Made by a program: the position numbers and the translations under genes. From Moniliella sp. 'wahieum' (taxonomy: Eukaryota), in NCBI GenBank assembly GCA_003971905.1, contig RSEE01000051.1, positions 62,001 through 126,000 of the forward strand: a stretch of 64,000 nt of DNA, written 5' to 3'. Numbering within the stretch: position 1 is the first letter of the stretch; the number at the start of each line of letters is the position of its first letter. The notes under the pieces are model-generated. The model did no database searches. It saw only the letters and a program-made list of their open reading frames with translations, and was not told the DNA's origin. Below are positions 23,032 to 35,327 of the stretch, in pieces.

Positions 23032-26000
23032 CTGCAGGCACCGAGGGGGGTTAGCACGCGTATGTCCCACGGGGGGCAGAAGGAGAAACGCACGGTAGTT
23101 GGTGGGTAAAAGGGGATAGGGAGCAGTAGCAGGCTGGTAAGTAGGTAGGAGTTGGTGGGATCGACGGAGAGGGGGGGGTGCGGCCTGAGGGTATTTAAGC
23201 GAGGGGGGCGATTGAGGGGTGGGCATGGCGGCAGTATAGCCGTCGCCGCAGCGGGAGAGCAGCGGGTAACTCTGTGCTCCCGCGCGCGCGCCGGCGTTAG
23301 GCCTTGGATGTGGCCGGGGGCGGGGGCGCTGGTGCGGTGATGGGCGCCGTGCGACGCAGCCATGGCGAGCAGTGGCGGGCAGACGCGGGCAGTGGCGGGC
23401 AGTGGCAGGCAGAGTGGCGCGGCGCGGCGCAGTCACTTGCTGCCCTCGTGCCGCTCGCATGGCGCCAGTGTCGCCACGACAGGGGACACGCCGCGCCCGG
23501 CGACACTGGCCCTGTGCCGCCGCCCAGAGGCAGAACTGAGGGCGCGTGCGCGCCCGACCGGCGTCCTGTTCGACAGGATAATGGCTGCGAAACCGCCACC
23601 GCGCTCTGCGCTGCTCGTCTGCGGCCATCCATCGTCCGTCGGCTGGGCCCCATCGACCATTTGGCCGCCTCAACTTTCACCTCCTTCACCTCCTCTATCT
23701 CCCACACACGAGCCCCGAGCTCCGCCTCATCCGCCTTCCCACTGGGCCCAAAACGAAACCACATGTCATTGAAAACTCTGATTCAAAAACACCCTCGGTA
23801 CCTTAGTACCACTCTCCTCGCGCGAGCGACATAGGACCCGTTTGGTTGCATCAATGCAGTAGTTTGCGATACGTGCGAGAATGTGATTTCGCGCCAACCA
23901 GGTCTCGGCCAATGTCTTGTTTGTGGTGGCATTCCCGCCAACTTTGGTAGGTCGCAAACATCATACCAGGAGGTCCGTTACGCATCACGGGACTTTTCCC
24001 GCTCATCTAGTTGATGGCCTCCACTTTGCGGACGGTGTGGGAGTGTAAGGCTTGGACGAAGACTACATTCTGCTGCACTGCATTACTACATCGACCTGAT
24101 TGGCTCTCGTCCTATTATACTCAATCTCCCTCTCGGAGGAAGGCTTGCTGGATGACTATAATCTCCCGACTGCACCTCATCTCGGCTCTCGATATCATAC
24201 AAGTGGTTAGGCCAACGAAGATTTGGAATCGATTTCCGTTCCAGCCATTATTCACTGATCATTTCCCTGGGAGTTGCTAGCAAATCCTATCACGACTTCT
24301 TCAGAAGAAAGACAACTGTAATCGGAATGGCTTTCTTCGAGTAAGAGAGGAGAATACTGTGGGGTGGTTCCTCTTGCACGGATTTCTAATTGGTTGATGA
24401 CTCTCGCTTGCGGGCGGAAGGGATAGCCGGCTGGCGCCACTGTCTCCCTTGTTGTTGTCCGGTGTATGTCTCCTTCATGATGATGAAACCCCTTCAGATG
24501 TTATACTTTTGAAGACTTCTGACCTTTTCCATTTTTTTGCCTTCGTGCCTTTTAGGGAGGCCGCTTTGCAGCTGAGACTCGGTAGGATCCCCGAGTTCTC
24601 CCAAGCTGTTGGGCTCTGGGAGTTTATAGGTACTATTGTCGGTTATTCTTCAGGCAAAAGAAGAAAAAAGTCCCGTAATATCTAAGGATCTAGAGAAAGG
24701 GACATCCCATCAACTCCTTCAACATATTTAATTCCCTGAAAGACGAATCCCCCACAATCAGACTGGTCCAACACATAAAGCACGGGGACTGCTGGTAGGC
24801 GCACAACGGTCGCCTGACCGGCTAGTGCGGACAATTGAAAAGCATCAATGATGAGGCACAAAAATTTGCCTCATCACATCTGCATCATTATCGCAGCACC
24901 TTGTTGCCATTCATCATCCCCCCTCACCCGCCTCGGTACGAAGCTCCGGACGAGAAGTAGAAGAAAAGAAGGGAACGAAATTTGGCTTCAATTACACACG
25001 CTGAATTGCTGACCCACATGTGACCTGTACTAAAGTGACCGATGTCCTCTTCCCTGCCGCCTCCCTTTTCAAAACCGTTTTCTGGTGAAAAGGATATAGG
25101 CAATGGCCACAACGAGGGCAGGAAGGAAAGGTAAAAAGGCCGGTAACTGTTGGTAAGCAGCAACCACCGGCGGTAAGACCAAGACTAATCAATGCCAAGG
25201 CCGATAACATATGCAACAGAGGTAAGCGGTTATCCGCGGTTATTGTAGTCTGAATTCATGGCGTCTGCATGTTATTATTAGTAGGGTGCTTTTGATAGGA
25301 CGCGTGTATTAGGCAAACGCATATGCGCTCGCCCTACAGTGGTCTGACTAGTCTGACTGGTGAGAACCTCAAGTACTGAGCGCACGCTAGCATATCATTG
25401 CAGCTTGAAGGTACGGGTATGTGTGCAATTATCACGTTTATCGATTATCGTCTTCCCCATCCCGAGGCCCTGGCAGGCCCAGGCCGTCCAGGCTTGGAGC
25501 CCAGCGGGACAACTGGATTTAGAAATAAATCGCGTGAGTTACGTACCTGACCGTGGCGATCGCCGTGCCTGCCTCATGCTATGCTACGCGAGGCTATATA
25601 TGCTCTGAAAAGCACGTTATCGATTATCCGGTAAACCGGTAAACGCTTAACGTACTTATTAACGTTTACGTTGAAGCTAGTAACATGTAACAACAGAAGT
25701 ACGGTAGCAAAAGTACCAAGTATAAAGGGGGGGCACGATCATCGATCATAGAGCATAGGTCACTCGTCTATAGGACACTCTTCCCTCAGGGCCCCAACCT
25801 GGCTGAGCCTGAGGCCTGAGGCCCGGGGCTGATTCAAGTTAGTTACTAGTTACGCATTACGCGGTTACGCCAGCGCTTCATCAGCCGCCCGTAGAACAAA
25901 TATGTACCTTGTACCCGATTGTTGAAACGGTTTGGTCGAAGCGCTCAAGAACAAAACAATCTACTGCAAGCTTTTCATTGAACGTAGCGGGAAAAACGAC

Positions 26001-26690
26001 AACATCAACGCATCAGCGTGTCAGCCTAACTTAGTAACTTGTAACTCTCCTCTCTTATCTCTCCCCATCTTCGCTCTGGCCACAGAGGCAAGTCCATCCC
26101 ACCTCAGGCCGCGCTGGACCTCTCTGAACCTCACAGACGAGTGCCAGTATACCGTCGATCGGCGTTAAGCTTCACTATTCAATCGTGTCTTCAGCACTAG
26201 TCAATAGTTACGGAACCGGCTGAGGGAGGCACACAACACCAAATAGATTAACCATGATGAAGAAGCCGCGAGGCAAAATGTAATTCGGTGAACGCGATAA
26301 TACAGAAACGGCACTCGAAGGCAGAGGTGGAGGCATGGAGCTTGGAGGGTTGAGCAGAGGAACATTGCGCTGAGATGTGGTTCAGGGCATCGCCAGCGCA
26401 GCAGCAGAGGGGAACCAGCACGGACAAGGGGGATGACGAAACCGAGGTTTGCAACAAAAGCCTGTAAGCGCAAGAGGAGGGGGGTGGGGTAGCGAAAACG
26501 TAGAAGGGGGTAAGAAGGAGAGACCAGAGGAGACCAGGTGAGACGAAACGGGAGAAGGGGAATGAAGCGTCGAGAGTTGAGAGTTGAGATCTGAGATGCA
26601 ATGTGGCCAAGGTGCTGGCGATCATGACGCGAGAGACAATGCACAGAAAAAAGACTCGAGAATTAGCGTTGCGTCGTAAACCAACCGTCG

Positions 26691-28689
26691 CTATCCTCCT
26701 ACCGCGTCACCGGTGGGTTCAACCATGAGCATCGGTAAGAGATGAGGGGTACGACGGTTTGGGCCCAATCCGTCCCCTGTCACGGTGGCACAGTAGTAGT
26801 TGGGGTAGGGGGCGAAGGAAGGGTGGTGGTGGGGGGCCGAGGTGGGCACGACCAAGTCGAGCGTGTCACTGCGGCACTGTTCGGTGCCCAGTTCGCGGGA
26901 CAGGTTCAAGGGGGAGGCCAAGCCGGCTTGGCGGTCGGCCAAACAAGGGGTAAGAAGGGCAGGCAGGTTTCAAGTCCAAGTCGGACGAGGTGAGTGGGTT
27001 GCAGAATTGACTGAACGCCACTTCAATTGCGAGTGCAACAAAAGGATCTATCAGCACTCATGCCGACACGGAGAAAAAGGGCCAGAGGGGGGGGGATAGA
27101 AGGTGGGATGGGGGCTCACCTAGGGTCCGACCAGGGTGAAGGTAGTACATCTGAGTGTTGAGGGCTGAAACTTGGCGGACCCAAGTCACGCTTTGGTACC
27201 GACTTGACCGTACCTGGTCCCAGCTCCATGGGCACACTGGGGTGGATAGGGAGGAATGTAGCGTCTCGGGGGATAAGCTGTTGGCTTGATCCAATGCGGG
27301 GGAAAGAAGGTTAGGGGAGACAGACATGCCCATCTGGAGGAGCGGGGAGGAGGCGGAGCTTTGTCCCGTCAGGCAAGTGAGGGTAGAAGAGTGGCTGAGC
27401 GACAGAGATCCGCTCCGGGAGGAAGGAGGGTAAGTACTCGTGCCCGGCAACGATGTGGTGAGGGATGGTGTGCGCAAGCGGTGGTATGCCGACGGAAGTA
27501 GGCGAGGCAAATACGTGCTGCAATCCGAGTCCCGAATACGAAAATCGGGTATAGGAGGGCCGGAGACTGAATGCAAGTTGGGCAACGACTTGGCAGTGCG
27601 GACAGAGCGACCACCAGAACCGGCTGCATGGGCCGTGATTGAGGAACGGGAGGAGATGCGGGAATTCACCTGGCTGGGGACGGTGCGAATTACGGTGGCC
27701 TTCTTACCTGTCCTCCATTCGGCTAAGACGTCGGGTGTTATGCCCCACCACGAGCCCTTGCCCGGGATGGAAGCGGGCCGAGCAATCTTGAGGAACATGT
27801 GGTTTTTGATGGATAGTGTGGATTTGATCCTGTTCTTGACCTTGCCCTGCCGGGAGTGTAACATAGGAGGTCAGCAATGGGTTCGGAGGCCAAAACAGCC
27901 AAAACAGGAATAATACACCAAACCAAATAGTGGTACTACAGAACACAACGAAACACGGAAACAAGACCCACCTCCCAGTTTTTTCCATCGGTCCAACGGT
28001 AGACTTCGGGAAAGTTGCTACACAAGCGAAGAAAGAGGTCCTGGACCACCAACCTGGCATCCGGCGCCTCGGAGATGGTTTGGCAGATCATGTCACACCA
28101 GTTCAGTCGGTACCCAACCAGAGAGCCTTGTTGAGGCAAGCTGGCAGTGGCGGGACCAGGCCAGACGCGCGCTGCTGAGGACACCGTGCGCTGGAACGCC
28201 CTGTACCGAACTTTTTGGCGACAAGGGACTGTGGGCCGTTGTTGAGGAAATGAAGGGGGGTAGCACTCCATCAACCGCATGTGGCCGAGCGGGGGGTGGC
28301 CAGGCTGACGTGGTGGTGGTGGCCCAGAGCGGCGGGGCTTGCTGGAGGTGATCGGAAGCTGGAGGGAAAGGGGGAGACTGGCGGAGAGGATGGGGAGAGA
28401 AGGGAGGTTGAGATGCAGATGAGGCGTGGCGCGGTGGTGGCCGTTGGGATTGGGAGAAGAACTGAGGCGGGGGGGAAGGCGTGGGAGGAGAAGTGCCAGG
28501 CGGCATGGAAGCCGGGGTGCCGGGGGAGAGGCCAGCAGAAGGGGGGGAGGAAGGTGAGGGCGGTGTGGCCGGATGAGGCGAGGAAGAGGGCGGAGGGGCG
28601 GCCATGGGGGGGCGAGAGGGGTGGTTGGTGCAGGAGGAGGAGAGGAGGAGGGGGGGGCGATGCGGCACGCCCAGGTGTCCATCGTCCAT
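26691..28689 (-). CDS. Forkhead (winged-helix) transcription factor, divergent (intron 27847-27971; frameshifted; ends uncertain)
   Basis: Spliced domain YRLNWCDMICQTISEAPDARLVVQDLFLRLCSNFPEVYRWTDGKNWE|GKVKNRIKSTLSIKNHMFLKIARPASIPGKGSWWGI has forkhead spacing (H1, H2, FP, W..N.I...LS, F.K..R, PGKGSWW). Intron GTGGGT..GCTGAC..CAG. Confidence 0.8.
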
Positions 28690-28904
28690 CCAAACGCGTG
28701 CCCGATCTGGCGCCGACGGGGGGGCGGCAGGGGGCAGTGGGGGCTGGCTGGCGCATGTGCGATGCGCCAGAAAAATGGGACATGCAAGATGGCAGCGGGA
28801 GGAGGCAAGAGGCGCCGGTGACATGTGCCACGTGCCATGGCTGCATCACAATGTGACACAGTATGAAACAGGACGCAGAGCGCTGGTCGGTGATCGCAGA
28901 CATG

Positions 28905-28977
28905 GCTGCCGGCGTGCTGCGTAGTGCTGCGTAGTGCTGCGTAGTGCTGCGTAGTGCTGCGGGGTGCTGCCGGCGTG
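28905..28977. repeat. 10-nt minisatellite (GTAGTGCTGC)4 with degenerate flanking units
   Basis: Four perfect units at 28921-28960, bracketed by GCTGCCGGCGTG at 28905-28916 and 28966-28977. Confidence 0.9.
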
Positions 28978-29120
28978 TGCATCGCCGAGACCAGCAGCCA
29001 CACCCGCCGCAGCCCAGCACATCAGCGCACACCTTGGCAGCAGGATGCATATGACATCCACCTCATGCCTGCTTTCAGATCTCCACATCTCAGATCTCCA
29101 GGCATATCGAAGCCTGTAGC

Positions 29121-29168
29121 GCCTATCGCCTATCGCCTATCGCCTATCGCCTACTGCCTATATCGCCT
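29121..29168. repeat. 7-nt tandem repeat (GCCTATC)4 plus degenerate copies
   Basis: Directly visible. Confidence 0.9.
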
Positions 29169-31603
29169 CCCACTTCTACCACCTACCACCTATTTGCCAC
29201 TCGCGGCCACAGCACCAAGCAGTGCCACAGCTGTGGGTTCCACTGGGTACCAGCTGTTTCCTCTCCTTTGTACTCATGGCAATCTGCATTAGCTGTGGAG
29301 ATGCGTATACTCTCGAGCATACGACGCCACGTTTAATAGTGCCAACTTTCGCTTAGTAGCACCGGACGATCAATGCAAAAGTATCCAACAGCGAGAGTGT
29401 TCCTGCATGGTGGCGACCATGTTATCCGGCCATAGGGACCCGAGGGACTGGACGCGTACAGGACACCGATCGCCGTCGGTACATAGGGATCTTGTGGTCT
29501 TAAAGCGAGATTACGTATGGACGAGGCAGCCTGCCTCGCCACTACCTACTAGCCAGGCTCCGCCTGCCCTGCCTCTACAACACCGCTGCTATATTGCCTT
29601 CCTCTGTCTTTGCCCCCTTTTCGCCCTCTCTCTCAGATCTCAGATCATCGATCACAGATCTCGCCCCAGCCTCTGTCCTGACTCGCATCCATCGCGCGCC
29701 CTTCCTCTGGCTCCTTGGCGCTGAATGCGTTGCATATAATCAAGGAACCCTTGCCCCTCCACTGCTCTGGATCTGGAGCCACGCCCACGTGCCTCCCAAA
29801 CAGATGCACAGCACGTGACGTCATTTATTGTCACACGCCCACAGAACCACCTGGTTAATATAGTGTACACTGCACCCTACTGCACCCCCCTCATGCCACT
29901 CGCCTGCCACACACACGCGCGAGAGAATACAAGCAGTGTACTGCGGTCTTGTTACCTTCATGTAATGCACATCGCTATTAGCAACCTCCACCGGCAACAC
30001 TGCGGCGGCTACCCAAATCAGGTTACGGGTGCTGTGTTTCCAAAAACCCAGTGGGGCCTCTCTCAGACCTTCTCAGTAGTACTCCATAAGATAAGATAGG
30101 ATCTCCAAATGGACCAACGTAGGCCACGTAACCCAAGTTCAACGTGTTCAGCCTCTCTCTCCCTTTCCATATATCGCTCTGATCCGCGGCAAAAGGATTA
30201 CTGCTTGCTCTTTTTTGCCGTGTCCATCGGTCTCCGCCAGTTATTGGCAAGAAGCTGAGGGTGCTGCTGACGCTGTGGACACATTAAGCACTCATGCTGC
30301 CCCCCATTCACATGCGCCAGCGACCGGGGCAGGAAGGGCAGGATCGGTCACAGAGAGGTTCATCCACCGATCACCCGGTTCACCGGTCATCGGGGAAAAA
30401 GCCCTCGGTAAGAAAAGACAAATGTGGTTGTAGATATGTAATGGAGACTCGTGGGCCAGCGGGGCCGGGCGGCTGGGCGCTGGTGGCCACCAAGAGAAAA
30501 GCTTAAAGCACACATGCGCGGAGGCGCTGAGGCTTTTATGAAGTACGTTAACTAGCTCCAGAACTAGTAAGGACGAGAAGTAACTAGTAACTAGTAATAG
30601 TAGTACTGTACTGCGATTAAAACATCTATAGATGTGGTTGAATATACATACGGCATAGCCGCTACCGATCTCCCACATCCGTGGCAACGTCCGCGCGTCC
30701 CCACCGTCCAGCTTCCAGCTTCCACAGTTTCCACACCCTCTTCGCTCTGTCGCATGGAACTCCGCCGTTCCTCCTCCTTCGTCTTCGTTCCCCGTTGAAC
30801 GTTGAGTAAGTAGCGCCTCCCCGGAGGAGAGCTTTGTCCGAAATCTCCTAATGAGCGTTGCAAAAGGTATGGATGCTATGAGCGATGAACATCATATGTT
30901 GTGGTCGGTTCAGCGTTCCTTTGCCCCTGCTTCAAGCTTTGCCAATGATTACAATGCGGTAGGGGCGGCAGGTAAGGAGTGCATCAACAAGTGCGTCACC
31001 CTATAACCGTTTGCTTCCTAGCAGAGGAACCGGCGTTAATGGTGATCAATGTGCAGAGAGGACGGGGGTGATGCATGTGATGGTGATCAGAAGCCTGCTG
31101 GCACGGAGGGAGGTGTCGATCTGATCCCAGCCCTATTATCTCGGTGTGATATGGGACAGACGTGACGATGTGACGGTGTGACGGGCAGGTGGACGAGCGA
31201 AATCGGCGGCCGAAAGCTGGGGCTAGCTCGGCTGGCGTTGGTTGGCCATCCGATACCATGTCCAGTGTCACGTGCCGCCTCACGTGATGCTTCAAGCATT
31301 CTGCATTCGGGGCGCGCCACGCGAACAGCCCGCCTTCATTCCGCCCGGGTTGTCATTGGATTGACTTGGATTGAATTGAATTTCATTGGATTGGTTTTGG
31401 TTTGATTTGATTTTAAATTTTAATTTTGGGGTTCACCTTTTTTTTTCTTTCTTTGCGGGGGGGAAAGCGCACGCCTGCGCTCCCTCCTTGGCGCCACCTC
31501 CTTGCCTTCTCCCTACCCCTTTTTCCCACCGCCTTCGCACCTCCCCCCGCACCTACCCCGCCCCCGCCATCGCCATAGCACCACCAGCTGCACGATCCAC
31601 ACC

Positions 31604-33047
31604 ATGGGGCTCGCCGAACGCAAAACCAAGACCCGGGTCGGGAGCGCGCAGACGGCCAACAAGCGGTGGTGGAAGACCAGAGTGCGCCGGGCCAGCGTCT
31701 GTTAGCGTCAATGGGCTGGCAAGCGGGCCAAGGACTGGGTGGCAGCGGCAGCGTGCACGCGGCCCAGACGGCCCAACGAGCAATCTCGGCCCAAATCAAA
31801 TTGGACAACAAGGGGATTGGCGTGTCGCGTGCCGAGAAGGAAGCGCGGGCAGGGAACGGACCTGGGTCCGATCCCTGGTCCACCCAAGGCGCTAAGATTT
31901 CGGCGACCTGCTAGCTCGCTTGAATGCCACTTCATCCACCCCTACGCCCCACCACGTCGTCGTCGTCGGGCGCGTCAGGCCGGACGGGGGGAAACGGTCG
32001 CGTCCTATTTCGGCTTCGGCACCGCTTCTCTTCCGGACGAGGAGCAGGAGCAGGAGGGAAGACGCACGACCAAGCCGATTCGGTCGAAGAGGATGAACGC
32101 ACACGCAAGCGACGCAAAAGGAGGCCAAAACCAGAGCCAAAACCGACAGCGCGAACGCGAACCAAGCCACTCAGCCCGGTGCTACCGGATCGCCGCTCAC
32201 GGACCCTTCCCCCCCACTCAATCTGCTTCTGTGCCAGTCCAACGCGCCATCCCGGCTCACTTGGCGTACGTATCCCCGTCCCATCCCACCCCTTTCCCTA
32301 CCGTTTGAATGCGAGATGACCTAGGAACTTTACCCATCGCGGACGAGCAGTCATCGAGCGCGGTACTTGCGTGCCAAGGGCCAAGCGCGGACCAGTGGAC
32401 TTGGTTCGCTGCATGAGATTTTGGGGATTTCGCCTTCCCAGTAACCACCTCCACACCGCGTGCGACGACGCCTGTTGCTACCCCCGTTGGTTGTGCCCGG
32501 TCCTGGTGGGAGCAAGGTGCGCGTGATGGCCAACCGACCGGAAACGGCGCCAGCGCGTTGGCTGGAAGTGATGCGGACGAAGAGGAGGAGGGGGGAAGGA
32601 TCTTCTTCCCTGGATGGGTCGGGAAGGCGTAAGGAGGAGAGCAAGAAGAGCAAGAAGGACAAGAAGGACAAGAAGGACAAGAAGGACAAGAAGCGCAAGG
32701 GCGAAAAGAAGGAGAAGACTACCCCACCAAAAGAAAAGGGCGAAAAGAAAGACAAGAAGGACAAGAAAGCCAAGAAAGACAAAAAGGATAAGAAGGACAA
32801 GAAGAAGAACGACGCATCCCTTTCTTCCTCCTCTACTTCTTCGTCTGCGTCGGCTGCGCCCACCGTGCCAGCTTTGGATCCCAGCCTCGACCCAGCCCAG
32901 AGCAATTTGCGCGTATCGTCGGTTCCAGTATTTGAGTACTTGCAGAACCGGTTGTACCTCCGCCGTGCGGCGGTCCAGCGTGCTAAGCGGGACGAGCAAC
33001 AAGCCGTCTGGGGCCGTGTATCAGCGGCCGCGGCTCAGGCGCGGTAA
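31604..33047 (+). CDS. PXR1: G-patch protein Pxr1/Gno1/PinX1 (ribosome biogenesis), frameshifted
   Basis: MGLAERKTKTRVG N-terminus, G-patch GQRLLASMGWQAGQGLG..IKLDNKGIG, DFGDLLARLN-like segment after a frameshift, long KKD repeat tract at 32640-32810. Confidence 0.8.
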
Positions 33048-33850
33048 GGCGTCGAACTTCTACTTCTAACCGCTTGGACGGGTATGGACCGGCTTGGACC
33101 GGGGTGGGTGGACGTGCTGGAGTGGGCGCAGGAGGTGAAAGCGGTGAAGGGATGGTCGTGTGCGCTGGGGTCACCCCGCCACCTCATTGTACAGACGGTT
33201 CAGTCCAAGGCAGATCCAAGGGCCAGCGCTCTGCCCAGTCGATCGCCTCGACCATATCTGCATGGAGGTAGGAGGTTCCTAGGTTGCTCGCATCCTTGAG
33301 TCTTAGGCTCTTACAGTGCTAGGGCATTAGGGCCCTTGCCCCCCCACTTCCCCCTCTCCCTAGCCTCAATCCTGAAGGCCTGATTTGTTCGGTTTTGCAA
33401 TGTCCACTGTGCTTGTGAGATGATTTTTGTAGGACATCTGGATGTGGATTGTTTTCTATCCTAAGCGGTATCCGCGTAACCCAGTGACAGCGACGGCCGC
33501 GATTGCAGATGAGGGACGAGGAAAGGCCATTATACAGAAACAAGGGGTAGGAAAATCAGGGGCAAAGTCGGAGTAAGTTCAGTATCCCTAACTGCACCTC
33601 ATTCAAGTCTCTTCCATCTGCATGTCCATCTCCCACCTCTATCTCCAGTTCCACGTTCACTTCCCTCTTGTACGTCCACGTTCACCCCTCCGCCTTTGCC
33701 TCTGCCTTTGTCTTTGCCTTTGACACACGGACATTGGGCCCTGTTACGACGGAATGCATGGCCTACTTACTCTACGCATGCCCACAACTGAACTCATACT
33801 ATGCTCATGCACCTCCAGCGCTTTACTCGAGTTTTGAGCTGAGGTTCAAC

Positions 33851-34006
33851 CGACCTTAGACCTAGACCTTGCCATAGACCTTTTTGCCATAGACCTTTTT
33901 GCCATAGACCTTTTTGCCATAGACTTTTTTGCCATTGACCTTAAACCTTAGACCCTAGACCTCAGGGCAGAGACCTTAGACCTTAGACCTGAAACCAGAG
34001 ACCTGA
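33851..34006. repeat. Compound minisatellite: 15-nt (GCCATAGACCTTTTT)4 inside GACC(T)TA-type repeats
   Basis: Units at 33871, 33886, 33901, 33916 (one substitution) and a partial at 33931; GACCTTA/GACCTA/GACCCTA units on both sides. Confidence 0.9.
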
Positions 34007-34074
34007 AGCTGGGGCCGTGTACAGCCCGCAGCCTCCACGGGTCTCTGCCTGCCCTGCACGACTTCAGCAGCCGC

Positions 34075-34149
34075 AAGTGTCCAGTGTCAAGTGTCAACGG
34101 CGAAGTGTCAAGTGTCAAGTGTCAAAGGTCAAAGGTCCAGTGTCCAGTG
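34075..34149. repeat. Degenerate heptamer repeat (AAGTGTC / CAGTGTC / AAAGGTC)
   Basis: Directly visible, about ten imperfect units. Confidence 0.8.
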
Positions 34150-35327
34150 CCCATCGTCGGGCGTGACAGAGCTGTCAGGCTTGCAATTCAAGCTGAGACC
34201 CGAGCCGCGTCCGCGTCGGGGGAAGATGGGGGAGGGGGCTCTAGTAGCATTCACTGCTGTGCACCAAAGTCCAACACGTATAGGATGCAATGGATAGACG
34301 GGCAGACACGAAGTGGGCGAGGTAGGGAGGTAGGGAGGTGGGGGGGGGGGGTGGGGAGGGAAGACAGCGAAGAGAAAAAGAAAAGACAAGAATGAGAAGA
34401 CAAGGCAAGAGAAGAGAAGAGAAGAGAAGAGAAGAAAAAGGGAAGAGAAGACAAGGGAGGCAAGGTACAGGCCAGGCAAGTTGAAGGGAAGACGGACGAG
34501 AAGAGGGGGGTTAGGTCCCCCTCCATCCACACCTGCGTGCAGCGTGCCGCGGGGGGCAGGCAGGCCGAACAGTCTCATGTAATCTGCTACACGGTACGCA
34601 GGTGCCACGTACCGGCCAACGGTCGCGTTCCCAGGTCCGGATGCAATCCAAGAAAACCGGTTCCCTAGCGGGTCCAGGGCCAGGGCCAGGTCGAGCTCAG
34701 GCCGCACGATGAGCAATGACTAGGGCAGACAGACAGTGGGCCAGTGGCCAGGGGGGGGCATGGGACATGTGACAAGGGCATAGTAGTAGTAGACGCCTAG
34801 ACTAGACTAGTAAGAGTAGTAAGTAGGCTAGACGCCCCCTCCCTGTCCGCTCCTCTCACTTCTGACACGCTAGGGAGGGGGGGAGGCACATAAATGGGTA
34901 GGAAATGGGGAGGATGGAGGGGGGAGCGGAGGGTAGGTTAAGGTAGGGTAGAGTAGGTTACGGTAGGGTGGCGGGTGGAGCGGAGAGGGACAGAGGCGCA
35001 ACGAATCCGGTTGCAGGTGCAGGTGCAGTTGCGGGTGCCGTTCGGTGGCGTGGGCCTCGCCGTGCCTCGCCGTACCTCGCCCTGTCGCGTCAGGGAGAGG
35101 GGGAGGGAGGGGGGACTTAACAGTGCGCGGAGCGCGGGGTGGGTCGTGGGCAGATGAAGGAGCAAGGACAAGAGACGATAAACGACAGACGACAACGACA
35201 AACGACAGACAAACGACAAGCCAGGCAGATACCCCGGCACACAGGCACGCAGGCAGCCAAGCCAAGCCGCTGGCTTCGCCCGCCGTGTCGTCCACCGTCC
35301 ACTTCGTACGCGCTCGCCGCCATCGTT

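Noticed and set aside
33871..33942. Regularly spaced repeats as a possible CRISPR array (also 59751-59953)
   Set aside because: Eukaryotic context, no unique spacers of constant length, no cas genes.
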